Assembly: GCF_001194135.2 (NCBI RefSeq)
Contig: NC_068985.1
Coordinates: 71,450,528 to 71,514,527 of the forward strand
Reading direction: 5' to 3'
Length of the DNA stretch: 64,000 nt
Source: Octopus bimaculoides
Lineage: Eukaryota
Positions 50,471-62,884 of this stretch are shown here, in pieces (the stretch's first letter is position 1; the number at the start of each line of letters is the position of its first letter). The position numbers and the translations under genes are program-made. The notes beneath the pieces are model-generated. The model saw only the letters and a program-made list of their open reading frames with translations. It did not search any database and was not told the DNA's origin.

Positions 50471-51703
50471 GGATTGTTATTATCATAGTGCGGGGTGAGG
50501 ATATCAGGATTGATAAATCGTCGGAATTAATGTCTTTTGATATATACATACGTTTCTTCATTACGTTTCTTCCGCGCTAAAAAGGAGTTTGTCATTTATC
50601 CTTAAGGAATGGATAAAACTAATATCAGTAATATACGGCAATCGCTTAAATCTCCTCACTCGAGCCAAATTTTAATTCATGATAATTTTCAAACGACCCA
50701 GTTCATCTAGCGATAAAGGAATACCAGACAGTGTGAACAACTCGCCGCTGTAAGCAGCAGCAGCACTGTAAAATCGATGAGTGCTTCATAAGCTTCCAGT
50801 GCTGGGTTCAACTCTTCCTGCGACGAACCAAAGAGGAAGCCTCTACGTGGATGCTGACCTCCTACAAACAATAGCAAATTCTCTGATAACACATCACCGT
50901 CTTACAAAAGAAGCGTACATTGGATAATTTAGTCCCTGATATAAAGATGGGAGGATCATACGTTGTCGGTTGAGCCAGTTTTTGGAGTTGTTGGTGCGAC
51001 AGCTGAGTGTCTTGGAGCAGATCACTGCCAAATATATAGCTTTGTAACCTCTGTGTATCGATGAATGGTAGTTGGGTCTGAAGATGGACTTATTTATTCA
51101 TTCACTCTTTCTCGGTAAGTCGAAATAATCAACACGATCGGCAGATAACAACGGACTAATGAGAGAAAAAAAAAAGGCAAATGAAACGAGATCGTAAACA
51201 AAAAACAAATTATTTTCTTTCACTCACGCGCACAATAAAAGGAATTAAATCTTGCTAGAAAGCTTTGAGCTCAGAACAAAACACAAATCAATTCCACTTT
51301 TAAATCAGTAACGTTTATCAAGGGAAATAATACACATCCCATCTGTTTAACACTTCACAAGAAAGAAAGAAAATATCTGGAGTTATCGCAGTTAATAAAA
51401 GGATTTTTATATTTTTTAAAGAAACCTACATTTACTGCTTTCTTGCTAAATTCAGTGTTATTTGGTATCTCAAAGGTTTCAAGTCACTACATTTTCCCTG
51501 AGAGAGCGCGAGGAAAGTATATGGCTCGGAAAGTAATTACTTTCTAATAAGCTGGTAATTAATTCATAGTGGAATGGTATAATTAATTTGAGGCAGATAG
51601 AAAAATAATTTGTGGTGGATAAGTAATTAATTTGATATAAATTTGTTATTAATTTCTAATAAATAGGCAATCGGTTTTCAACTTAAAACAAAAAGCAACA
51701 GAC

Positions 51704-51755
<52 letters not shown>

Positions 51756-52099
51756 GTCGTCATCACTATTATCATCATCATCATACATTTACTGTCAATA
51801 CTTAATGTCTTAAGCTTTTCCCTGAAAAAAATTCTCTCATAACGTTCAATGTTTAAAGACGAGATGAAAATAGCAATTAAGTAGGCCTTTTAATAAAGAT
51901 TAGAGATTTAAATTCTCTCCAAAATTTTAGAGGAGAATTATTACGTAAGATTAATCTCCTGAGAAAAAAAAATATTGACAAATATGTTTCGTAAACCATA
52001 ACACACTAAAAAGGCGGGGGTGGTGGAATTTTACAGAAACATGTAAATAGTGAAAAATAAAAGGTACAAACATTGCTCAAATTAGAGGGAAAACAGAAG

Positions 52100-52130
<31 letters not shown>

Positions 52131-52524
52131 TGGTTAAATCAAGCAAATATATTGAAAACTGCGATGATTTTGAAAGTGTAAAAATTGTCACGATCAAAAA
52201 TCGATATATATATGTATGCATTTATTCATTTATATATGTATATATACAATTTATATATACGTTTATATATATACTATTAAATAATTAATTGAGATAAGAT
52301 GTTAAAGCTTATAAATGCATTGATTTATATAGTTTATAGCTTCTATCACTAATGGAGTGAGTGAGGAAAGAAGACGAGGGCGGGTAGTGCGTGGATGAGA
52401 GAGAGAATGAAAGCGTGAGTGAGTAACGACGGAAAGATAATTTTTGTAAATTGCAACGTTGCGAGCTTTCGGCAATTTCAGTTCTGGTGTCAGAAAGTTC
52501 AAGTTGGTAAGCGATCGAGTGTTA

Positions 52525-52896
52525 ATCTATTTGGTCGATGGATCGGCTAGAAATAGTAGCCAGTTGCCTTCGGATCGCATGCTATCTCCTCTAAAAAAAA
52601 AAAAAAGAAAAAGAAGGAATATTGTTACGCTGAGATAAACTATGCTCAATCGAGACGACCTGGGGATAAACAAAACATTAGCTGGAATATGTTGTTTAAT
52701 TCCTTGTCACTCCTAATTTAATAGACTTATGATCAAAATCTATGTCAACCATGGTTATTCCATTGTTTTTCTGACACGCTGTATCTTGGATCGCATTTAT
52801 TCAAAATGTTCTTTCCTTTTTAAGGTGTTAGATTGATCTGGGAGAGAGAGATTTGGCTATTATTTTTAGCGGGATAAGTGACCATATGGAAGCGCC
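52525..52896. mobile_element. Tail-to-tail pair of AAC-tailed retroposons (+ 52525-52676, - 52695-52896)
   Basis: CTAGAAATAGTAGCC...GACCTGGGGATAAAC, then GACTTATGATCAAA...GAGATTTGGCTATTATTT...GTGACCATATGGAAGCGCC. Confidence 0.65.
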
Positions 52897-53787
52897 TACT
52901 GTTGCAATAACCGCTATGTTTGTTATAGGTGAAAGTTCTACAAAAAGAAAAATAGTTCCCCGTTTTTTTTTTTTATTTCTCTCCTTTTTGTCTTCCTCTT
53001 TTCTTTCATTTCTCTCCTTGTTTTTCCTGCATTTTCGGGTGGGGGGGTATGTTTTTTTTCTGTTTTTGATTTTTAAGGCCTGCTTTTATCATCAGATGAA
53101 ACATGTAACAGGAGAGTACTCCCATACCACCCAACCATGACCCATCTCTCTCATGACGCTGTGAAGTAGGATGAGAATGCAGGTAAAGGTGATCCTTACT
53201 TATGTCTGGAAGATTAGGGTTCACAGAAAGAATCAACATTTACCGTTTGGCATATGATAGTGGTGGAAGAGGGAGAGGGCGGCCTTGTGACTCTACCCTT
53301 CCATGAAAAACGAAATTGCTTTCATCCGCCTGGATGAGTTACTTTTGCCCTTTATATCTCCACTTGTGATAACATTCAATTAATCATAACGATTCGATTT
53401 AATTATTTATAAACAGTGAATTAATTAATAACATTCCATTAATTATCAACAGCATAGTTGAGAGAAAATACCCCAGGGGAGTGTTCTGTATACTAAATGA
53501 TAGTGTAATATAGTGAGTTGAAAACTTTCGATTAACTGAGATTATCCATGCTATTAGTATAGTATCCCCTGAGGGTGTTTAAAATCTGAAAACAACAAAC
53601 CAGGGAGTTAACTCCAGTGGGCTCTGTCAACTGAATTTTCTGTTTTTTAAATACATATGATGCAAATGAATGGATCTCGTCTTTCGAACCAGACTGTAGA
53701 AGTAACGAACATATATCTATGTGGTCTGTTAGGGTTAGATCTCCTCATTAAAGCATATACCACTCAGTTGGGCAGACATAGAAGTTA

Positions 53788-54082
53788 TCGTCGTCGTCGT
53801 CGTTTAACGTCCGCTTTCCATGCTAGCATGGGTTGGACGATTTGACTGAGGACTGGTGAAACCAGTTGGCTACACCAGGCTCCAATCTGATTTGGCAGTG
53901 TTTTTACAGCTGGATGCCCTTCCTAACACCAACCACTCAGAGAGTGTAGTGGGTGCTTTTACATGTCACCCGCACGAAGGCCAGTCAGGCGGTACTGGCA
54001 ACGGCCACGCTCATCTTGCTCGAGAAACCTCATGTGTCACCCGCACAAGAGCCAGTCCAGGGGCACCAGCAACGATCCCGCT
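53788..54082 (-). mobile_element. 3' UTR/tail of an RTE-type retroposon, young copy
   Basis: Minus strand GTGGTTGGTGTTAGGAAGGGCATCCAGC...CCAACCCATGCTAGCATGGAAAGCGGACGTTAAACGACGACG; two internal repeats TGTCACCCGCAC..GCCAGTC. The RTE assignment is from recall. Confidence 0.75.
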
Positions 54083-54332
54083 NNNNNNNNNNNNNNNNNN
54101 NNNNNNNNNNNNNNNNNNNNNNNNNNNNNNNNNNNNNNNNNNNNNNNNNNNNNNNNNNNNNNNNNGGAAGATTTCTTATCAATATATTAATTATATGTCG
54201 GTGTCACTAAGGTCAACTTTGCCCTTTCGGGGTCAATAAAATGAGTATCAGTTGAGTACTGAAGTCGATGTAATTGTCTCACCCCCTCCCCAAAATTGCT
54301 GGCTTCGTGCCAAGATCTGAAACCAATATATT

Positions 54333-54489
54333 AGTGGTTGGTGTTAGGAAGGGCATCCAGCTGTAGAAACTCTGCCAAATCAGATTGGAGCCTGGTGTAG
54401 CCATCTGGTTTCACCAGTCCTCAGTCAAATTGTCCAACCCATGCTAGCATGGAAAGCGGACGTTAAACGACGATGATGATGATGATGAT
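54333..54489 (+). mobile_element. Second RTE-type 3' tail, inverted relative to 53788-54082, directly after a family B fragment (54207-54327)
   Basis: 137 of 141 bases identical to the reverse complement of 53797-53937; (GAT)n tail. Confidence 0.8.
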
Positions 54490-55875
54490 ATGTCTTACTT
54501 ATAAAAAGAAACAAAAAACAAAGAGCAATATGTTAGTGCGCCTCTTTTTTTTTTGTTCGTTTTGTTTTGTTTTGTTATTTTTTCTGAAGATAGGTAAAAC
54601 AGTATCACTCACTCTTATGAAGAAATATCTAAATGGGTGCTTCTGCGAATGGGTGGTTGATTGAAAGACACACACTGGGTAGTGTAGTCCTATGAGGTGT
54701 ATGTTTTAAACAAGACGACAACAAAACTGAAGATAGTGTTGCAGGTGATCTCAGCCAGCAAGAAATAGCAGTCAAATCTCTACAAAATCACAACCAGTTC
54801 AACCACAAAACTGGGCGTATTGGAGATACACCATTTAATAAAGAGGCAGAAAGGTCATAGCTGGAAACCCCTTTGATCTAAGTCTGCTGCACAATTCATA
54901 TTGCAAGAACCAGTTTTCTTCAAAATTTTACTATTTTCTGAATTTCTTTTTTTTTTCTTTTTTTTTTTTCATCTCATTGCTTTTGAAGCTTTCCTGAATA
55001 AAAGCTAAATAATTAAGGAAGTGTGGAGAGATAGAGAGTAACTGCAACTGTTAGATATACGAGAAGAATAGCTGACAGGTTTTACAAGAGTAGGATGTGT
55101 GTACGTGGTTGATGGGAAAGAGATAAGTCAGGGATGATTATACAAAAAGTAAAGATGTCAGATGTAAGTTATTCTAAAACAGCTGCAGAAAGTCATATTG
55201 TAATCCCCTCACTCGCCCCCCTCCCCATATAATTATCGTATGTTCTCTCACCCCCTTTTCCAGTTTTCATAGCAGTAAAAAGATGAGGGATACATAAACT
55301 CTTTGGCTAGGATGCTGGTCTTTCATAGTTGGAAGTAATTTTAGGCCTTTATATCATGGATTCAGCTTTAAAAAGATACAGACCTTATAGATAGACTAGG
55401 ATCTAGATTAGGCAATTAACCTGTATTTTCAGGTATTTTAAGTTGAGAACCACTACTCTAGACTTTTGTTTGCTCCTGCTTGCTGGGTGGCTCTCTGCTA
55501 CCCACTTCAATCAGAGGCCCTACCTTTCCCCACAACTGTGAGCAGTAATTCTGTATTTTCACAGATCTAAGAGGTTCACTTCTTAGATGGTCTACCCTGA
55601 GATGTTGGGGTTGGGAAGTCTTGGCGGGACGCCAATGTAGCATAGTTTTAAAGCAATCTTCTTATATGGCTGAACAATTTCATACACATGCACACGTGTG
55701 CGTGCATGCATGTGTGTGCATGTATATGTAAAGTTTTATAAGTTGAAATAAAAACATGAGCAGCAAAGGGATTTTTAGTAAGCTGTGTGTTTTTGGGGAG
55801 TAAGTACACAGTGTGGGCCTTAAGATTTACTACAGACATCTTCAAGTAAGAGGGATAAAGTGATAATAAAGTGTT

Positions 55876-56273
55876 GGAGTGGCTGCGTGGTAAGTAGCTT
55901 GCTTACCAACCACATGGTTCCAGGTTCAGTCCCACTGTGTGGCACCTTGAGCAAGTGTCTTCTACTATATCCTCGGGCCGACCAAAGCCTTGTGAGTGGA
56001 TTTGGTAGACGGAAACTGAAAGAAGCCCGTCATATATATGTATATATATATGTGTGTGTGTGTGTGTTTGTGTGTCTGTGTTTGTCCTCCTAGCATTGCT
56101 TGACAACCGATGCTGGTGTGTTTACGTCCCCATCACTTAGCGGTTCGGCAAAAAGAAACTGATAGAATAAGTACTAGGCTTACAAAGAATAAGTCCCGGG
56201 GTCGATTTGCTCGACTAAAGGCAGTGCTCCAGCATGGCCGCAGTCAAATGACTGAACCAAGTAAAAGAGTAAA
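55876..56273 (+). mobile_element. Full-length, least decayed family A SINE
   Basis: GGAGTGGCTGCGTGGTAAGTAGC (A box), GGTTCAGTCCC (B box), internal (TA)n(TG)n, tail GTAAAAGAGTAAA. Confidence 0.92.
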
Positions 56274-56437
56274 CAGCTGAACTTGCATTTCCATTTTGTC
56301 TGGATTTAAAGGTGTTTAAACATGTTTCCTTTTCTGGTATCTGGTTGAAAGAACAACTCCAGAAGCCTCAAATGTAAAATTAATTTCAGCAGACACATAT
56401 TGAAACTATACAGGCCTTTGTTGCTATTGTTGTTGAC

Positions 56438-56483
<46 letters not shown>

Positions 56484-56589
56484 GTTGTTGCTGTTGTAGT
56501 TGGGGTGTTAGCAATGGCAACAAAGTGGTATAAAACAATTTAGAATCTGTTTTTCACGTCTAGCATGAGTTCTGCTCCATTAGTAAATT

Positions 56590-56790
56590 TTGATACTCAT
56601 TTTAATTTTTATGTCATCTTGTCTGTGAGGCCTGATATCAAACTGAGATCTGACCTACCCAATTTATCTTGTGTTTTCCTCTTTCAACCTCTTTCCGTTC
56701 CTGGGATCCCTTCAACTGACAGCATACTGTACATGTTGAACTCAGCACAACTAGTACTGTTGTCTTTCCTGCATACACCAGAGATTATGC
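56590..56790 (-). mobile_element. Decayed RTE LINE ORF C-terminus
   Basis: Minus strand gives SVEGIPGTERG*KRKTQDKLGRSDLSLISGLTDKMT, resembling RTE VEGxRGRGRPRKTW...DLxxLGLTEEMT. Confidence 0.5.
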
Positions 56791-56933
56791 ATTCGTGTTG
56801 AAGCATTTATCAAACAGTTTGATAATTAACTTGATGTGAAACTAAGCCTTTTAGGTCATCCATGTCAAAATTTCAGCTAACAAAAAGATCATATAGACTC
56901 TGCTCTATCTATTGAGTTCTGATTCTTTCAATT

Positions 56934-57148
56934 CTTTTCTTCTCTAGGCACAAGGCCCAAAACTTTTGGGGAGGGGGTGCCAGTTGATTAGACTGACCTC
57001 AGTACACAACTGGTACTTAATCTATCGACCTCAAAAGGATGAAAGGCAAAGTCAACCTCGGCGGAATTTGAACTCAGAACGTAAAGACAGACGAAATACT
57101 GCTAAGCATTTTGCCTGGCGTGCTAACATTTCTGCCAGCCCGCCGCCT
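56934..57148 (-). mobile_element. Full-length family B SINE with a 17-bp target-site duplication
   Basis: TTCTGATTCTTTCAATT at 56917-56933 and 57149-57165. Confidence 0.92.
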
Positions 57149-57185
57149 TTCTGATTCTTTCAATTGTAAACCCAAACATATTTTC

Positions 57186-57217
<32 letters not shown>

Positions 57218-57640
57218 NNNNNNNNNNNNNNNNNNNNNNNNNNNNNNNNNNNNNNNNNNNNNNNNNNNNNNNNNNNNNNNNNNNNNNNNNNNNNNNNNNN
57301 NNNNNNNNNNNNNNNNNNNNNNNNNNNNNNNNNNNNNNNNNNNNNNNNNNNNNNNNNNNNNNNNNNNNNNNNNNNNNNNNNNNNNNNNNNNNNNNNNNNN
57401 NNNNNNNNNNNNNNNNNNNNNNNNNNNNNNNNNNNNNNNNNNNNNNNNNNNNNNNNNNNNNNNNNNNNNNNNNNNNNNNNNNNNNNNNNNNNNNNNNNNN
57501 NNNNNNNNNNNNNNNNNNNNNNNNNNNNNNNNNNNNNNNNNNNNNNNNNNNNNNNNNNNNNNNNNNNNNNNNNNNNNNNNNNNNNNNNNNNNNNNNNNNN
57601 NNNNNNNNNNNNNNNNNNNNNNNNNNNNNNNNNNNNNNNN

Positions 57641-57755
57641 ATATATATGAGTATGTATGTGTATACATATATATGAGTATGTGTGTGTATACATATATAT
57701 GAGTATGTGTGTGTATACATATATATGAGTATGTGTGTGTATACATATATATGTG
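57641..57755. repeat. 26-bp compound minisatellite GAGTATGTGTGTGTATACATATATAT, about 4 visible units, next to a gap
   Basis: Direct reading. Confidence 0.85.
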
Positions 57756-58228
57756 TGTGTGTGTGTGTGCATATATATGTGTATAAATATGTATGTGTGT
57801 GTGAAGGAGTTTGTAACCTCACCCTTTTGAACATGCTAAGTATATGACCTCTTGCCGTGTGTGTTTATGTCTCAGTGCTCAAAGACAAGACCTACTGGAT
57901 ATAGATAAACAAGGCTGTATAGGAGGAGGTATGTAGTTGCAACCACATCTAATGGTTAAAGTTCAGATATAAAAGCATAAGTTTTCTCACAAAATAACAC
58001 GACTGGCAAACGACTGAAAGAAGGTGACTCCCTTAAATAAATGACAGTTACAGCTTCCAGATTGATCTGGTTTGTTGGCTCGTTGACACGTTCTCTTTAA
58101 TAGCATCAACATTTGGTATTTTGTGACTTAATAAAGCCACTTCACTGGCAATTGTGATATTCTGGCATCTATTTTTGTTGTACTACTGGATGTGTGTGAC
58201 TAAGTGTATATATATATATATATAATGT

Positions 58229-58490
58229 GAGGGCACATGGCTTAGTGGTTAGAGTGCTGCACTTGCGATCTAGTGATCATGAGTTCAATTCCCAGACCAG
58301 GTGATATATTGTATTCTTGAACAAAACACTTCATTTCACATTACTTTGCAATCACTTCAATACCTGACGCATGGCACACTGTGCTCCTGGAGCACAGCGT
58401 TGATTTAATGAAGAGAGTGAGCTAATGTGTGGCACAACCATTTGATCACTATGAGCAAATTATATGTGCAGATTGTTTGGCAGAAACTGA
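58229..58490 (+). mobile_element. tRNA-derived SINE with family D-type head and a different body containing a 9-bp hairpin
   Basis: GAGGGCACATGGCTTAGTGGTTAGAG...GAGTTCAATTCCC...TTGAACAAAACACTTCATTTCACATT; CTGTGCTCC-T-GGAGCACAG at 58379-58397. Confidence 0.75.
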
Positions 58491-59155
58491 ATACTCATAC
58501 TTCCTCATCAACGGGAGAGTCTATCATATATGTAATATTCTTTAACAAGAATTGTAATGACAGTGACTTCGAAGTTTTGGCCAGCTGGGTCATCATTGAA
58601 CAGTTTGAAGTCACTGTCAATACTATTTGTGTTAAAGAGTAATTAATTTATACTCTGCATAAGGAGTAATCCTTCAAATTAATGTAAAATTGTTCTCGTT
58701 ATGACTGAACATAAAAGTAAACATTAATACATAAATATATAGACCCCCCCCCACGCACACACACACATATTTAACGCAACAAGCTCACAGAATCATTAGC
58801 ATGTGCAGGCACAAAGCTTAACAGCAATTTCGTCCGTTTTTGCATTTTGAGTTGAAAAGCCAGACATTGAGATCAACTAGGCCTTTCATTCTTTCCAGGT
58901 TGATAAATTAAGTAACGGTAAAACACAAGGGTTGATGTTATGAACTAGTCCCATCCTCCAAAATTTCAGGCCTTGTACCTTTAGGAGAAAGGATTAATAG
59001 TATGTGTGTCTATGGAGTACTCAACCACTTCGACTTTAAATCAAGTCAGTCAGGTGATTGAACAACTATACTCTTATCATGTGAATCATCTGAGTTCAAT
59101 AATATGATCATCATTATGATTTAGCATCTGTTTTCCATGTCGGCATGGGTTAGCT

Positions 59156-59435
59156 CAGTGGTTCCTAAAGTGGGCAGTACTGCCCCTCTGGAGTTGTAGA
59201 AAGATTCAGTAGGTAGCTCCGAAGAAAAATGGGGTTATAATGGGGTGGTCAAAGAGGAGCGATGGATGTGAAATCAAGCAAAATAATGGGTTAATTGGAT
59301 TAAGTTTTGTGAAGTACTATTGTTCTGAATTTGCTTCAGCAAGTGGTTTATGTTTGTGGTGATGAGGAGTGGAGTGCTAGGAATGTGGCCTGGATACCAA
59401 GGGGGCAGTAGCCCCCAAAAGTTTGAGAACCACTG
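59156..59435. mobile_element. hAT (Charlie-like) MITE, 280 bp, nested in an old RTE-type tail (~59110-59505, minus)
   Basis: TIRs CAGTGGTTCCTAAA / TTTGAGAACCACTG. Removing it rejoins TTTTCCATG..GCATGGGTTAG with GTTTGACTGGG as in 53815-53850; TSD degenerate (GGTTAGCT / AGTTTGAC). Confidence 0.75.
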
Positions 59436-61049
59436 AGTTTGACTGGGAGTGGTAAGCCAGAGAATAGCATCATGCCCCAAGTCTGTTTAGGCTTGGTTTC
59501 TATGGCTTCATGTTAAATATGAAAGACAGAAAGAGACAGAAAATTTATTATAGAAAGCGTAGCACAATTGCATATCAAGAAGACATGACTTATTAAAGTC
59601 AATGTAATGGTCTCGGTCATTCATTAACGATTGTACTATTCATTGTTTGACAAGTCGTGTTTACTGTGTTTCAAGTTATTTCATTGAGCACTTTGTTTTC
59701 AGCAAAATAGGTTGGATACGTTGAGCTAAATATAGGGTAAAATTGGTTGAATTGTTAAAGCATAGGACAAAATGCCATGCAGCATTTGTTCTTTCTTTGC
59801 TTTGAGTTCAAATCTTACTGCAATCAACTTTGTTTTTTTCTACTTTCTGGGTTTGTAAAATAAAGTACCAGTCCAAGTTAGTGGATTTGTGGGAATGTAA
59901 AACTGTCAGCTGAGATACTTTGCAGCATTTGTTCTGGCTCTTTATGTTCAGTTTTCTGATGTAGAAGACTTAAGGTATCATTTGGCTTGACACCAATACA
60001 TACTCATTTACCATATTGTATTACATAGTGTGTGTTCCTCGGTGACCATATTCCCTTCTCTCGCTTACCCATTGAAATACATATAAATTTACTTCTTGTT
60101 TCTCTAAGAACAGACATAAACTTCCTGTTGACAAAGAGTCCAGAACTCCAACTAAAGAGTATAAAACACACAGAATTATCTTCCCTTACACACACTTCCT
60201 GTTTTGACACCACACTTCCTGTTTTGACACCACATAAACTCTCAGCCTTTTTTAAACACAACACTATTCTTAATTCCATTCATCCTAATCTATCTAACAA
60301 TTATCTACATGGATTACCATTGAATTTTAAAAACTCAAAGACAATATAATGTATTGGTANNNNNNNNNNNNNNNNNNNNNNNNNNNNNNNNNNNNNNNNN
60401 NNNNNNNNNNNNNNNNNNNNNNNNNNNNNNNNNNNNNNNNNNNNNNNNNNNNNNNNNNNNNNNNNNNNNNNNNNNNNNNNNNNNNNNNNNNNNNNNNNNN
60501 NNNNNNNNNNNNNNNNNNNNNNNNNNNNNNNNNNNNNNNNNNNNNNNNNNNNNNNNNNNNNNNNNNNNNNNNNNNNNNNNNNNNNNNNNNNNNNNNNNNN
60601 NNNNNNNNNNNNNNNNNNNNNNNNNNNNNNNNNNNNNNNNNNNNNNNNNNNNNNNNNNNNNNNNNNNNNNNNNNNNNNNNNNNNNNNNNNNNNNNNNNNN
60701 NNNNNNNNNNNNNNNNNNNNNNNNNNNNNNNNNNNNNNNNNNNNNNNNNNNNNNNNNNNNNNNNNNNNNNNNNNNNNNNNNNNNNNNNNNNNNNNNNNNN
60801 NNNNNNNNNNNNNNNNNNNNNNNNNNNNNNNNNNNNNNNNNNNNNNNNNNNNNNNNNNNNNNNNNNNNNNNNNNNNNNNNNNNNNNNNNNNNNNNNNNNN
60901 NNNNNNNNNNNNNNNNNNNNNNNNNNNNNNNNNNNNNNNNNNNNNNNNNNNNNNNNNNNNNNNNNNNNNNNNNNNNNNNNNNNNNNNNNNNNNNNNNNNN
61001 NNNNNNNNNNNNNNNNNNNNNNNNNNNNNNNNNNNNNNNNNNNNNNNNT

Positions 61050-61410
61050 ATATAGCATATATACAAACGTATATGCACATACTGACATCTATACGTATAT
61101 ATGCATATGTGGCACAGGATGTCATGAAACGTGTACAACAAAAAAGTACGAAGCACGAGTACATGGAACATGAATTATTCTTTCGAACAATGAAAGACAC
61201 AAATGGAAAACAAAACAAACAACATAAAGAACGATCCTTCATCAGTTGTTGGCTGTTTTTCTAGTCTCATATTTCGAGATCTAAGAACAATATATGCTTT
61301 CGATAAAACAGTTGCTCCTGCAAAGCAAATTAAATAAAATTTGGGATTTTGCAGAGGATCAAAATAGGTAACACAAACAGGACAGTAAAAACAAACAGAA
61401 AGGGCTGCTA
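61050..61410. repeat. Divergent member of the GGGTACAGGAC family, directly after a gap
   Basis: GACATCTATACG...GCATATGTGGCACAGGATGTC...CTTCATCAG...CTGTTTT...TTTCG...AAAACAG...ACAGGACAGTAAAAACAAACAGAAAGGGC. Confidence 0.6.
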
Positions 61411-62626
61411 AGCCTAAATGACGTTGTGGTGGTGATCGCATAAATCAAACTAGGACAGGAGACAAACAAGAACACTATATTTCTGTGTGTGTGTGTGTGT
61501 ACACACATCTCTGTAAACATATGAGTGGGTACCATGTACATCTTTCTATGTATGTGTGACTGTATAGTACACTGATGCATACACAAGGACAGATAGACAC
61601 ACACACACACACACACACACAGTGTTCATCATCATCCTGATCAATATTATACTTGAAACCTTAATGAGTTTGAGGTGTATATTTTTTTCTACCATCATAA
61701 ATATTGACAACTAATTTGCCATTTTTTTTTCTTCAAAATGTCACATCTCTTTGATAATTGCCAACTATTATCAATTGTACTATCTTTTTCATTGTGTCCC
61801 CCACTCCAGCCCTCCACATTTCCTACCACTACTTATTATTTTCTTTTTGCTATATTATTGACAGCTCACCACTTCTGCCAACTCTTCTTCCACCTCTGCA
61901 AAAAAAGAAAATAAACGATAAACAAGAAATGAAAAGACAAGCATTCACTTCTTCAATTCTTTAAAAGTTTCTTCATCTAATTAGTGTGTAAAATTGCCTC
62001 ATCTCAGCAGCATCCAGTCATTGAGTTCCATCCTGAGGTATCACTAGCAATTAATCTACAGTTTGAATGTCACAAATGCAAATAACATTGTAGTAATTCA
62101 ATTATACCCCACCCACTTCATATTTGCCTTNNNNNNNNNNNNNNNNNNNNNNNNNNNNNNNNNNNNNNNNNNNNNNNNNNNNNNNNNNNNNNNNNNNNNN
62201 NNNNNNNNNNNNNNNNNNNNNNNNNNNNNNNNNNNNNNNNNNNNNNNNNNNNNNNNNNNNNNNNNNNNNNNNNNNNNNNNNNNNNNNNNNNNNNNNNNNN
62301 NNNNNNNNNNNNNNNNNNNNNNNNNNNNNNNNNNNNNNNNNNNNNNNNNNNNNNNNNNNNNNNNNNNNNNNNNNNNNNNNNNNNNNNNNNNNNNNNNNNN
62401 NNNNNNNNNNNNNNNNNNNNNNNNNNNNNNNNNNNNNNNNNNNNNNNNNNNNNNNNNNNNNNNNNNNNNNNNNNNNNNNNNNNNNNNNNNNNNNNNNNNN
62501 NNNNNNNNNNNNNNNNNNNNNNNNNNNNNNNNNNNNNNNNNNNNNNNNNNNNNNNNNNNNNNNNNNNNNNNNNNNNNNNNNNNNNNNNNNNNNNNNNNNN
62601 NNNNNNNNNNNNNNNNNNNNNNATAT

Positions 62627-62675
<49 letters not shown>

Positions 62676-62884
62676 CATACATACATATATATATATATAC
62701 ATACATATATATATATACATACATATATATATACACACACACACATACACACACATACATAGATATATATGCATGCATGCACACACAGATACACACACAC
62801 ACATACACATACATAGATATAAATACACACATGCACACACATACATGTATAGATATATACACACAAATATATAGGCATACACAC

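Noticed and set aside
50710-50820. Minus-strand exon candidate (EELNPALEAYEALIDFTV)
   Set aside because: Its pyrimidine tract is the reverse complement of an AAC-family repeat head, there is no good donor, and no recognisable homology.
57641-57755. CRISPR-like array
   Set aside because: Head-to-tail units with no unique spacers, in a eukaryotic context with no cas genes. The 12-bp repeat at 23243-23287 is likewise a minisatellite.
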